From a candidate division FCPU426 bacterium (GTDB lineage Bacteria; Oederibacteriota; Muellerivitia; Muellerivitales; Muellerivitaceae): 64,000 nucleotides of DNA. The notes beneath the pieces are model-generated. The model was not told the DNA's origin. It saw only the letters and a list, made by a program, of their open reading frames with translations, and made no database searches. Position numbers and translations under genes: made by a program. The stretch is taken from positions 64,001 through 128,000 of the forward strand of contig CAWKAR010000027.1 in NCBI GenBank assembly GCA_963847625.1, written 5' to 3'. Positions 46,083 through 55,077 of this stretch are shown here, in pieces (the first letter of the stretch is position 1; each line of letters opens with the position of its first letter).

Positions 46083-46445
46083 ATGATTAAAATCGAAGCC
46101 ATTATCCGCCCGGAAAAATTGGACGAGGTCCAGCGCAGGCTCCGGAGAATCGGTTATCCCGGCATGATGGTCACCGAAATGGAGGGACATGGCCGCCAGA
46201 AAGGCCTCCATTCAGGCTGGCCTGAGAGCCTGAGGGTGAATTTTTTGCCGAAAACCAAGATCGAGATCGTCGTCGGGAAAAAGCACGAAAAGAAAGTCGT
46301 GACGGCCATCATCGGAGGGGCCCGTACCGGGGAAATGGGGGACGGCAAGATCTTCCTGCTGGATGTCCGGGACGCCATCCGCATCCGCACCGGGGAGCGG
46401 GGAACGAAGGCCATTTCAATGCAAGAAAAACGCGTGAAGAAATAA
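46083..46445 (+). CDS. glnB: Nitrogen regulatory protein P-II with atypical T-loop
   Basis: KIEAIIRPEKLDEV, GHGRQKG, FLPKTKIEIVV, TGEMGDGKIF, RIRTGE. Confidence 0.9.
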   Translation: MIKIEAIIRPEKLDEVQRRLRRIGYPGMMVTEMEGHGRQKGLHSGWPESLRVNFLPKTKIEIVVGKKHEKKVVTAIIGGARTGEMGDGKIFLLDVRDAIRIRTGERGTKAISMQEKRVKK

Positions 46446-46549
46446 AGAATAAGGTTTAACTGGGAATTGGTTTTATAAATCCTTGGAAAGGTTTCTTTTT
46501 ATGGGGTGGTTTAGTACCATAAAGTTTCCACCCCTTATTGGAGGTAATC

Positions 46550-47002
46550 ATGGCTGAAACCTATCCGACCCCCTACGTCTTTGTTTATGACGTATTCCTC
46601 AAAGACGCCGTCAAGCACGTCAAAGTCGCCCCCTACATCAAGACCTGGGCGCGCGCCGAGATGCCCGGCAAGCTTTACCAGCTTCCCACGGGGCTTCCCA
46701 TCGTCGTGGAGGAGCCGGGCGGGACGGTTTACGGGGAAGTGATGACCTTCGAGAGAATGGACGAGGTGATGAAAATCATGGATGCCCAGGAGGGTTACCG
46801 GCCCGAGGCTCCGGCCATGAGCCGCCTGATCCGCGAGGTGAGGGAAGTGACGGTTTCCCCCTCGGGTGAAAAGGTGCAGGCCCTGGTTTACCTATTCCCC
46901 AAGGGAAAGTTCAACGCGAAGGATATGTTCGCGGTCCACGCCCATGGCGGGGACTGGCGGAAATTCGTCATGATGCCCCGGTTCGACGGGTACCAACATT
47001 AA
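46550..47002 (+). CDS. Gamma-glutamylcyclotransferase (AIG2-like) family protein
   Basis: VFVY, GKLYQL..GLP, VYGEV, MDAQEGY, ALVY, GGDW; the usual YGTL is replaced by YDVF. Confidence 0.65.
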   Translation: MAETYPTPYVFVYDVFLKDAVKHVKVAPYIKTWARAEMPGKLYQLPTGLPIVVEEPGGTVYGEVMTFERMDEVMKIMDAQEGYRPEAPAMSRLIREVREVTVSPSGEKVQALVYLFPKGKFNAKDMFAVHAHGGDWRKFVMMPRFDGYQH

Positions 47003-47230
47003 AAAGATGCTTTAATCGTTTCGAAAAATAGTTTTGTCCCGCCTTTTCTTCCATTCTTACCAACCTGAAACGATTTTACGAAAGTTCGGTTGAAGTACCC
47101 TGGTATCCTAAAGAAACTTATAAATTAAATTTTAGTAAAAATATTTTTCCCCTCTTGCTATCAAAGCTTTAACCATCGTATATTTCTTGCACAATAAAAA
47201 TTTGCGCTGATGGCAAAGGGGAGGCCAGTC

Positions 47231-48502
47231 ATGCAAAACGAATTGTTATCCGGTTTTACGGCGGATTCACAAACGGCCAGGTCGTTCCAAATCCTGGCTG
47301 GGGAAAACGCCGCGGCTTTCTTCGATCCGCTTTTTTTGGTCCAAAAACAGGGGATTATCGGCCTGGAAGCGGTCTACCGGACCCTGGACCCCAGGCGCCT
47401 GGAGATGATCGATTCCAGCGACTTGTTTCTCAGCATGGGCGACCGGAATTTCCAGGCAAAGCTGGACTTGGACCGCCTCTTCCGCCGCAAGGGGTTGGAG
47501 GGCTTCAGCGCTTTCCAGTCCAAGAACCCCCGCCTGCTTCTTTTCCTGGATATCGAGCCCTCCATCCTGGAGGAAGGCACCGTGGGTTCCGGTTACCTCC
47601 TCCAGCAAGTCAAAGAGTTGGGGTTGGACCCCCAGCAGGTAGTGGTGCAAATCCCCCTTTCCCAAAACTTGGACCCGAAACTCGTCCAGAGGTTCGTCCT
47701 GCTCCAACGGGAACATCAATTCCTGGTTTCCCTCAAGGACATCGAAGATGGTTCCTTGCACCAGGAATACCTGCTCCGTTTCAACCCCGATCTCGTGAAG
47801 CTGGAAGAGGGTTTGGTGCGGGGCTTGGCCCGCAATTCCGGAATACGGGCGAAATTCATGGAAGCGGTAAGGCTGGCGCACGAATTGAGGATTGTCGTCG
47901 TGGCGGGTGGGCTGGACAACGAAGAGGACGCGCTGGCGGCCTTAGAGTTGGGTGCAGACCTGCTCCAGGGAAAATATTTCACCCGGAGGGATAAGAGCGG
48001 CTCCGATTCCACCCTGGGCCTGAAGGCCCGGATTTCTTTCCTGGCCCACCGCTTCCGCCGCCGCTTGGAGGCGAAAGCCAACCAAACCTGGGGGTTGAAA
48101 AACCGCTGCAAGCAAATCGCTGATTTCATCTTCACGAGGCTCCAGGACGTCCCGGCCTCAGCCATGGAGAAGGAATTCCAGCTGGTCTTGGGCGAATATC
48201 CCGCCCTGGAGTGCCTATACATGCTGGACAGCGGAGGCATCCAGGTCAGCGAGACCGTCTGCAGCCCGTACCACATCCCGGAACGCAAGAGGTTCCTTTT
48301 CCAACCAGCCCCCAAGGGCACCGACCACTCGCTGGAGGAGCATTTCTACGCTCTTTCCGACACCCGGCCCAGCAACGTGACCGAACCCTATCTTTCCATG
48401 AACTCCGGCCACCTTTGCGTGACTATTTCCAAGATGTTCCTGGACCCGGCCCTCGGCGGGGTTTACCACCTCTGCGCGGACTTGAACCTGTCAAAGATTT
48501 AA
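47231..48502 (+). CDS. Degenerate EAL-domain protein with C-terminal PDC/Cache-like domain
   Basis: GLEAVYR, LDRLFRRKGL, PDLVKL, LGADLLQGKYF; C-terminal LYMLDSGGIQVSET..GTDHS..TEPYLSMNSGHLCVTIS; alternative start at 47210. Confidence 0.8.
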   Translation: MQNELLSGFTADSQTARSFQILAGENAAAFFDPLFLVQKQGIIGLEAVYRTLDPRRLEMIDSSDLFLSMGDRNFQAKLDLDRLFRRKGLEGFSAFQSKNPRLLLFLDIEPSILEEGTVGSGYLLQQVKELGLDPQQVVVQIPLSQNLDPKLVQRFVLLQREHQFLVSLKDIEDGSLHQEYLLRFNPDLVKLEEGLVRGLARNSGIRAKFMEAVRLAHELRIVVVAGGLDNEEDALAALELGADLLQGKYFTRRDKSGSDSTLGLKARISFLAHRFRRRLEAKANQTWGLKNRCKQIADFIFTRLQDVPASAMEKEFQLVLGEYPALECLYMLDSGGIQVSETVCSPYHIPERKRFLFQPAPKGTDHSLEEHFYALSDTRPSNVTEPYLSMNSGHLCVTISKMFLDPALGGVYHLCADLNLSKI

Positions 48503-48692
48503 GAGGGTTTCGACAGGAATACGAAATTCGGGGTCAGACCCTGGTTTGCCTTTTTCATTGGAAAACAGCCGCTTTCTTACAAACGGACCCACGTTGGAAT
48601 GCAACTATTGCGGGATCAAAGACGTCCAAATAACAGTATCGGGCGTTCCTCGAAGGGGAGCCGGATGAAGTAAATTTTAAATGGAGGGTTTC

Positions 48693-49004
48693 ATGATCTT
48701 GAAAAGTCATTTGCGGAAATTAGCGTTGGGGGTGGGAATACTCGGCTTGCTGGCCATGCCGATGACGTTGAGAGCTGCCGGCTTTGACCTGACCGTCAAT
48801 ATTGGGGTGGATGACCAGGCCCATTATGATTTTAAAGCCGGGGCGAGAAGCCACCACCCCATGATTTGGAAAGCCGCCCATCAACTGCAGGCGGCGAAGC
48901 ACACGCTATGGAAGGCGGCCACCGATTTCAACGGCCATAAGGCGGACGCGATCCAGGCCATTAACGCGGCCTTAGACCAATTGCGGATTTGCGAATCCAA
49001 ATAA
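48693..49004 (+). CDS. Small secreted helical protein
   Basis: GGAGGG RBS; signal peptide; HPMIWKAAHQLQAAKHTLWKAATDFNGHKADAI. Confidence 0.7.
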   Translation: MILKSHLRKLALGVGILGLLAMPMTLRAAGFDLTVNIGVDDQAHYDFKAGARSHHPMIWKAAHQLQAAKHTLWKAATDFNGHKADAIQAINAALDQLRICESK

Positions 49005-49019
49005 CTAATTTAAAATCTC

Positions 49020-49051
49020 AAAAAGCCGCTGGAAATTCCGGCGGCTTTTTT
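49020..49051. terminator. Bidirectional intrinsic terminator
   Basis: AAAAAGCCGCTGGA-AAT-TCCGGCGGCTTTTTT between convergent genes. Confidence 0.85.
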
Positions 49052-49119
49052 ATTTTTGCCGCTGGAGCCCGAACGCCCGCATTACCCCCGTTTTGCGGGC
49101 CGGTCAAATTAATATGAGT

Positions 49120-49653
49120 TTATTTTTTCCCCGAGCGCAAACGGATGGTTTTTCCGTCCACCCTGAAAACACCCCAGCCTTGATGGTGGATCGTTTTCGG
49201 GTTTTTCCTGGAGGGATCGACCCATGCCTTGACGACCTCAAGAACAAAGAAATTGTATTTGTCCGCCATACTCCCGTCGACGAGCTTGCATTCAAGGTTC
49301 GCGTAGCATTCATCGATGATCGGCGCCTTAAGGAAAGAGGCGGGCGACTGGGAAAGGCGGAATTTCTTGAACTTGTCGGCACGGCGCCCGGAGGTGTTCC
49401 CGCAGCCCACCACCTTCGCCGCCATCTCCACCGTCGGTATGTTGATGACGCATTCCCCGGTCGCTTTCAACAGCCCAAAAGTATGGTTCCGGCTGCTGAT
49501 CACGCAGCCGACCAGGGGCGGTACGAATTCGATCATGGTATGCCATGACAGGGTCATGATATTCGGACGGCCGTCCAGGGCTGTCGTGACCAGCACGACA
49601 GGCCCAGGCTCAAGAAGGCCATAGACCCGCGATAAAGGAAATGACTTTTTCAT
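49120..49653 (-). CDS. Flavin reductase-like family protein
   Basis: PGPVVLVTT, NIMTLSWH, GECVINIP, GNTSGRRADKF, APIIDECYANLECK, TIHHQGWG. Confidence 0.88.
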   Translation of the reverse strand: MKKSFPLSRVYGLLEPGPVVLVTTALDGRPNIMTLSWHTMIEFVPPLVGCVISSRNHTFGLLKATGECVINIPTVEMAAKVVGCGNTSGRRADKFKKFRLSQSPASFLKAPIIDECYANLECKLVDGSMADKYNFFVLEVVKAWVDPSRKNPKTIHHQGWGVFRVDGKTIRLRSGKK

Positions 49654-49809
49654 CCGGAAACCCTTCTTCATGTACACGGGAAATTCGGGGCCAGGATAAT
49701 ATTCAACACTTAAAGCAATTCCGCGTGAAACCCCATCATATCCCGATATTCGTTCCCACGATAAAGCTTTGGGTGTCCAGGTTCACCCGGCTCGATAAAC
49801 GTACCCATC

Positions 49810-50892
49810 TTACTTAGAGGGTTTTTTCGCCTTTGATTTGTTTGAAAGGGTGGAAACCCATGTGGAGGCCAATTGCTCGAGGGTGAAATTTTTGGCCCAT
49901 TTGAAACCGCTTTCGATTTCATTCTTGGAAAAATGGGCCTCCAAGGATTCCAACAGGGACGCCATGCGGTCCTTGGTTTGCCGGCGGCAGGTGGGGTGGG
50001 AGATGGCGATCATTAAAAGCCCGATGGCCTTGCTGTCCTCGCCCCGGCCCTTCAACAGGCGGGCCAGGCTGGTCAGGACGTCGGTCAAGAGCGGCTTGCA
50101 TTGGGTGGGGATCACCAGCCGGGCGGCCTCTAGGAAATATTGTTCCGCCGTCGCGTAATCATTCTGCTCGCAAGCGATCTCGGTTAAATGGGTGAGGGCC
50201 GCCACTTCCCCCAAAACGTCCTTCAGGAATTTGAATATTTTCAGGGCCCCCAGGAATCCCTCGCGCGCCGGCATAAAATGTCCTCGAAAAAGCTCAACGG
50301 CCGCCAGGTGGTACCCGTTCCAAGCCTCGCCTTCCGGGCTTTCCCCCAGTTCCCGCGCCATGGCATACGCATCTCGATGGCATTTTTCCGCATCCTGGTC
50401 CCGGCCTTGGGCCAAGTTGAGATTGCCCATCAGGTCCATCACCCAGGCCTGGCCCGGCACATCCTTTTTCTCCTGGAAGCTCCGGTAGGCTTCCAACAAA
50501 AGTTTCTTGGCGCCCGGATAGTCCCCCTGGGCCCAGGCCACGTTGCCCAAAAAGGCCTTGCAGCGCGCGGCGCCAAGGCGGTCATTCAATTGGGAGAAGA
50601 GGCCCAGGCTTTCCCGGTAGGTTTCCCGGGCGCGGTCATAATCTCCCATGAGTTCCACCGCCCTTGCCAACTTCAGGAGGCAAAGGGCGGTCCCGGGGAT
50701 ATCCGAGGCCGACTGATAACTTTTCAAGGCCATCTCTAAATAGGCCCGGGAAGGGCCCAGTTGGGCTGCGGCGAGGCAGGCTTCACCCCGTTTATATTGG
50801 GTGTCCCCTTTGCTATTCAGGCCCCGAACGGCCTTTTTAGGTTTTTGGCTCGATTTACGCAACAACAGCCTCCCATTAATCCAGGAGATCAA
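49810..50892 (-). CDS. Tetratricopeptide repeat protein
   Basis: Repeated LG.V....GDY..A......L..F....D..G.A units of about 40 aa; start uncertain. Confidence 0.8.
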   Translation of the reverse strand: MISWINGRLLLRKSSQKPKKAVRGLNSKGDTQYKRGEACLAAAQLGPSRAYLEMALKSYQSASDIPGTALCLLKLARAVELMGDYDRARETYRESLGLFSQLNDRLGAARCKAFLGNVAWAQGDYPGAKKLLLEAYRSFQEKKDVPGQAWVMDLMGNLNLAQGRDQDAEKCHRDAYAMARELGESPEGEAWNGYHLAAVELFRGHFMPAREGFLGALKIFKFLKDVLGEVAALTHLTEIACEQNDYATAEQYFLEAARLVIPTQCKPLLTDVLTSLARLLKGRGEDSKAIGLLMIAISHPTCRRQTKDRMASLLESLEAHFSKNEIESGFKWAKNFTLEQLASTWVSTLSNKSKAKKPSK

Positions 50893-51254
50893 CCGAATTT
50901 CCCGAAATGGTTCTTCCTGAATACTCCTTCGGAAACCGTATTACATAAATTATATCACTCCCCAGTTTTGTATCTGGTTTCCTCCGGAAACCGGGGTCAA
51001 AAAATCATCACTGAAGGGACATAAACAAATAAATTCACCACAGGGACCCAGGGACACAACAAGGCAAGGCCAAAAAATAACAGGGGTTTAAGGATAAAAT
51101 GCCATCGCTGAAGGGACACGAACAAAATCCGGTTCACCACATGCCGGCCTTCTTTTATACATTTAAAGAGGGGATGGATTTGCCGTTCCAGGGGGTATCA
51201 ATATGTATTTTTATAAAGATTTATGGAATTCCATGGAATGTTAGAATGTCGGTT

Positions 51255-51371
51255 ATGACAGCCCCAAAAGAAATCCCCGGCCTTGTTGAACAGTTCAAAC
51301 GCAACCCGGGAGAATACAAATCCGGCAAGAATTCTTTTTCAGTAATGCTGTTTCCGGGGGTTGATTCCTAA
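51255..51371 (+). pseudogene. N-terminal relic of a type IIG/Eco57I-like restriction-modification gene
   Basis: MTAPKEIPGLVEQFKRNPGEYKSGK resembles remembered N-termini of such enzymes, which continue YNETQ.R.EFIDP; here the sequence diverges and stops. Confidence 0.4.
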
Positions 51372-52581
51372 TGTCCGCGAGGGGTTTCCTGAAAAGACTC
51401 AAGAACGGAGAATGACATGGGCCCAATTTTTCCTTGTTTATTCCGCGGCAATTATTTTCAAAGGTTGATCAAGTTTTCCGTCGAGACTAATTTTTTCGCG
51501 TGGTTTCTTCTGGGGTATTTCATTTCATTTTTTTTCTATTTCATACGCCCCATTTTCTTGAATCCTTTCCACTTTATGCAAATTTACCAATACGTTCCTG
51601 TCCAAAAACCCATCGGCATGGATTTGCGCTTGACTCTCCAGGACGGCCAAACCTTGTTCATGTCCGGAAAATATTCCGCAGCGCCATTTCCCCCGCTCGC
51701 TTTCCTGTTGTTTTCACCCCTTCTCATTTTGGATTTTTTCAACGCCTATAAACTCGTGGCCGCCATCACTCTCTTAGGATACCTTTACGCGACCATACTC
51801 TTCCCGATGCAGGTATCAAGCGTGAAAAAACCAACGGCTTTATCGGCATTTATCCTCGCCACGGGTTTATGCTTATACGGTTTACATTTCGAGCTGGAGA
51901 GGGGGCAATTCAACGTAATAGCCTTCTTTTTTTGTTTCATGGCCATTTGGATATTCCACCAATTCCCCAAATACAGGAAATGGGCGTATTTCTTTTTTTC
52001 GTTATCCGTTCAGATAAAGCTTTCCCCACTTATCTTACTTCCGATGTTTATACGAAACAGGGAGGGTTTGCGTTCCAATGCCGTGAGGCTTTTCAAACTT
52101 GTCCTGGCGAACATCAGCCTTTTTTTTATAATGGGCCCGACCGTCTTTGTTAATTTCATAAACAAGTTGAGAAATCAGATTTCATACCCGTATTTATGGG
52201 ACGGTGACCATTCGATCAAGTCGTATGTAGCCCGTATTTCCGAAAAAGCGAATGAAGGCGCCAATTCCGTTATGATGACCCGGTTTTGGGGAATGAAAAT
52301 TGATTCCTCGTACATCGAATTTATATTGACCGCGTTTGTCCTCGGGTGCATCGCGTTCATCGCGTGGCGCGCGTATCGGGAGAAATCAAACGGTATGAAC
52401 CATCATTTATTGCTCGCCTGCACCCTAGCCGCCTTTCTTCTCCCTTCGGCCAGCGAGGATTACAAGCTTCCGATACTCGCCGGGCCCATCATCCTGGTCT
52501 TTCAGAAATATTTTTCCCTTAAAAAAATGAACCATCGCGCGTTTCTAATGATTAGTTTTCTCGTGCTCTTATTTTCATATG

Positions 52582-53636
52582 GCCGAATTCACGGAGTAAG
52601 TGCAACACTTCGCCGGAAGACTTCCGCCGGAGTTTTAAAGCCCAAACATTTCCTGGGTCTGTTATTGAGCCATCTTTCTATGGCCCTGAATTTTTTGAAG
52701 GACACTTTAGCAAGATCAGTCTTTTTAGGCAAATGGCGGCGGACAAGACCGATAGTATTTTCCACAGTACCTTTTTCCCAACTGTGGAAAGGGGCGCAGA
52801 AAAAGGATTTTGTACCAAGCACGTGGTTGGTTTCCAAGTGGTTGGTGTTTTCGGTTCCGTTGTCATAGGTCAGACTCAAGCGGGCGTCTTGAGGGAAGCG
52901 GCATAAAGCGCGGTTGAGGCTATGACTCATTTGGCGAGCGGTCTTTCGTTTGAGCTTTCCCAACTTGGAAAAACGGCTTTGACGCTCGACGAGAGCCCGC
53001 ATAGCCACTTTACTCTGACGAGAGACCATGGTGTCGGTTTCCCAATGGCCGAATTGCTTGCGTTGATTGGCGATCTCGGAGCGCTTATCGATGGAAACAC
53101 GGCCTGGGATATGGTTTTTGGCGTGCTTACGGCTGTGGCCAAATGAGAATCGTCGCCGGTGGTGTCGAACTAGGCAAGGAATCAGCTCAGTGGCTTCAGC
53201 GTAAACCCACTGATAGATAGCTTCAGGACCAATGGTTTGCTTAGGCCGTAGGTGACCTAATCGACCTGAAATGAGTTCTGGAGACCAGCCTCGTTTCAAT
53301 TGACGACGGACGTAGGCACGAATTCGTTTTGTTTTCAGGCGTAAACGGCGTGCTCGTTGTTGGTTGCGGTCAACATACCGTTGATGGGCTCGATGAGAAA
53401 GATAATAACCAGAACGGATAGGGGGAGCATTGCGCTTGAGTTCCCTGGAGAGGGTGGAAGGAGACCTCTTCAAGGCGCGTGAAATTGCTCGAAGGCTAAG
53501 ACCCTTTCCTTTCAAGACGGATAAATGATCTCTTTCTTCAACGCTTAAATGCTTGTATTTCTTTTTCATAGCCGCATATCCTATTCATGCGGCCTTCTTC
53601 AGACACTAAGTGTTGCACTTACTTATGGAACTCGGG
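52582..53636 (-). mobile_element. IS30-family insertion sequence (1055 bp)
   Basis: Imperfect IRs CCGAATTCACGGAGTAAGTGCAACACTT / AAGTGTTGCACTTACTTATGGAACTCGG; ATG duplicated at 52579-52581 and 53637-53639. Confidence 0.92.
52589..53569 (-). CDS. IS30-family transposase
   Basis: HLSVEER HTH, WSPELISG, GHWETDT, TYDNGTE, SWEKGTVEN, LNNRPRKCLGFKTP. Confidence 0.95.
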   Translation of the reverse strand: MKKKYKHLSVEERDHLSVLKGKGLSLRAISRALKRSPSTLSRELKRNAPPIRSGYYLSHRAHQRYVDRNQQRARRLRLKTKRIRAYVRRQLKRGWSPELISGRLGHLRPKQTIGPEAIYQWVYAEATELIPCLVRHHRRRFSFGHSRKHAKNHIPGRVSIDKRSEIANQRKQFGHWETDTMVSRQSKVAMRALVERQSRFSKLGKLKRKTARQMSHSLNRALCRFPQDARLSLTYDNGTENTNHLETNHVLGTKSFFCAPFHSWEKGTVENTIGLVRRHLPKKTDLAKVSFKKFRAIERWLNNRPRKCLGFKTPAEVFRRSVALTP

Positions 53637-54011
53637 ATGCGTATTCCTCGACCCTTTTCTCATTTACCAACAAACCCTATCTCGTGCGCAGTAATTTTCC
53701 AGCATTGATGGTCATGCTGGCTGTTACCACCGCTTTATACCTTGTCCCTAACATCAAAGACTCCTATGCCGAAAGTGTATAATGACTGATATGGGCGGCA
53801 TAGTAAGATTCGGGTTTTGGCGCGAGATATTGAGGTGGGCCTAAAATGTAATATGTTAGGCTAGGCCCTTTTGTTTTTCTAAGTGACGAATGATAGCTTG
53901 ACCCAATTTTTTCAGGGTTCCCGAGTTCCGGAGGTTCCCGGGTTCCGGAGTTCCCGGGCCTGTCCCGAAGGGCTCACCACAGGCTCTGTCGAAGGATTCC
54001 CGCAGTTCGTC

Positions 54012-54158
54012 TGGCTTACCGCTCTTACCGGCTTACCGGGCTTACCGACTTACCGCCCTTACCAGTTTACTGGCTTACCGCCTGGCTTACTGACTTACCG
54101 GCTTACCGCCCTTACCGACTTACTGGCTTACCGCCTTACCGGGCTTACCGCTCTTACC
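54012..54158 (+). repeat. Degenerate 8-9-bp CTTACCG tandem repeat
   Basis: More than 15 copies of CTTAC(C/T)G with short variable linkers. Confidence 0.85.
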
Positions 54159-54230
54159 ACGAACCCAGTGCAGAAAGCCCGGAACCCAGTGCTGGGGGCC
54201 GCGAACCCAGTTCCAAGAGCTGGGTAACCT

Positions 54231-54605
54231 GGGATAACCCAGCGGCATAGGAGATAATCCAGCGGCATTCGAGGGATAACCCAGCGGCATAGGAGATAAT
54301 CCAGCGGCATTCGAGGGTTAACCCAGCGGCATAGGAGATAATCCAGCGGCATTTGAGGGTTAACCCAGCGGCATGGGGGGATAACCCAGCGGCATGGGAG
54401 ATAATCCAGCGGCATTAGGGGGATAACCCAGCGGCATGGGAGATAATCCAGCGGCATTAGGGGATAACCCGGCGGCATGGGAGATAATCCAGCGGCATTT
54501 AGGGGATAACCCAGCGGCATGGGAGATAATCCAGCGGCATTCGAGGGTTAACCCAGCGGCATAGGGGGATAATCCAGCGGCATTAGGGGGATAACCCAGC
54601 GGCAT
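54231..54605 (+). repeat. Minisatellite, 18 copies of a 20-22-bp unit with core TAA(C/T)CCAGCGGCAT
   Basis: Counted 18 cores; units mostly alternate 20 and 22 bp (42-bp dimer) with variable G-runs. Confidence 0.9.
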
Positions 54606-54869
54606 GGGCCGGAGGTCCGTAGGCACAGGCCGGTAATCCTGTAGGCACAGGCCGGGGGTCCTGGAAAGCCTGCTGATGTTCCCGTTTTCATAGGCCAACC
54701 AAGTCATGTAAAAATGGGGTTTCAAATCCCCGGGCAACAGGCCCCTTTTCCAAAGGGAGGCCAAAACCCTCAGGCCCAATAGATGGTTACGCCCCGACCG
54801 GGCCGCTTTTAGGATCCTCGGATCGCTGGGCATATTTTGCCGTCTTGTTTTATGGGTTTTAGGTTTCAT
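54360..54869 (-). CDS. Hypothetical protein or pseudogene running into the repeat array; partial Fis-like HTH
   Basis: GAGGCG RBS before ATG; unique N-terminal ~70 aa ending ENGNISRLSRTPGL, then repeat-encoded sequence. Confidence 0.35.
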   Translation of the reverse strand: MKPKTHKTRRQNMPSDPRILKAARSGRNHLLGLRVLASLWKRGLLPGDLKPHFYMTWLAYENGNISRLSRTPGLCLQDYRPVPTDLRPMPLGYPPNAAGLSPYAAGLTLECRWIISHAAGLSPKCRWIISHAAGLSPNAAGLSPMPLGYPPNAAGLSPMPLGYPPMPLG

Positions 54870-55077
54870 AAATCACGCCTCATTTTTTCTTTTTAAAACC
54901 CCCTTGATGAGGGTAAGGGTATTCACGGGTTATTCCAAGCGAAAATCCGGGGTTGGGCGCCAAGCGCCCCATGGCTGTTTTATCCCGGTGGTCTCTTTCC
55001 GCGAACATATGTGATAGACTAAAAAAAATCACGAATTTTTCGGGGGTTCACCCATTAAAAATCTCTCGTTTTTTTTC

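Larger units (their letters stand above)
51417..53782 (+). pseudogene. GT87/DUF2029-like (GT-C) membrane glycosyltransferase interrupted by IS30
   Basis: IGMDL, FPPLAFLLFSP, FELERGQFN, IKLSP, SEDYKL; removing the IS rejoins ...LFSY|AYSSTLFSFTNKP...ESV* in frame. Confidence 0.8.

Noticed and set aside
52582..52868. C-terminal part of the 483-aa ORF 51417-52868
   Set aside because: It is read-through into the antisense strand of IS30, not native protein.
54231..54605. CRISPR array
   Set aside because: Units are only 20-22 bp with no unique spacers, and no cas genes are visible.
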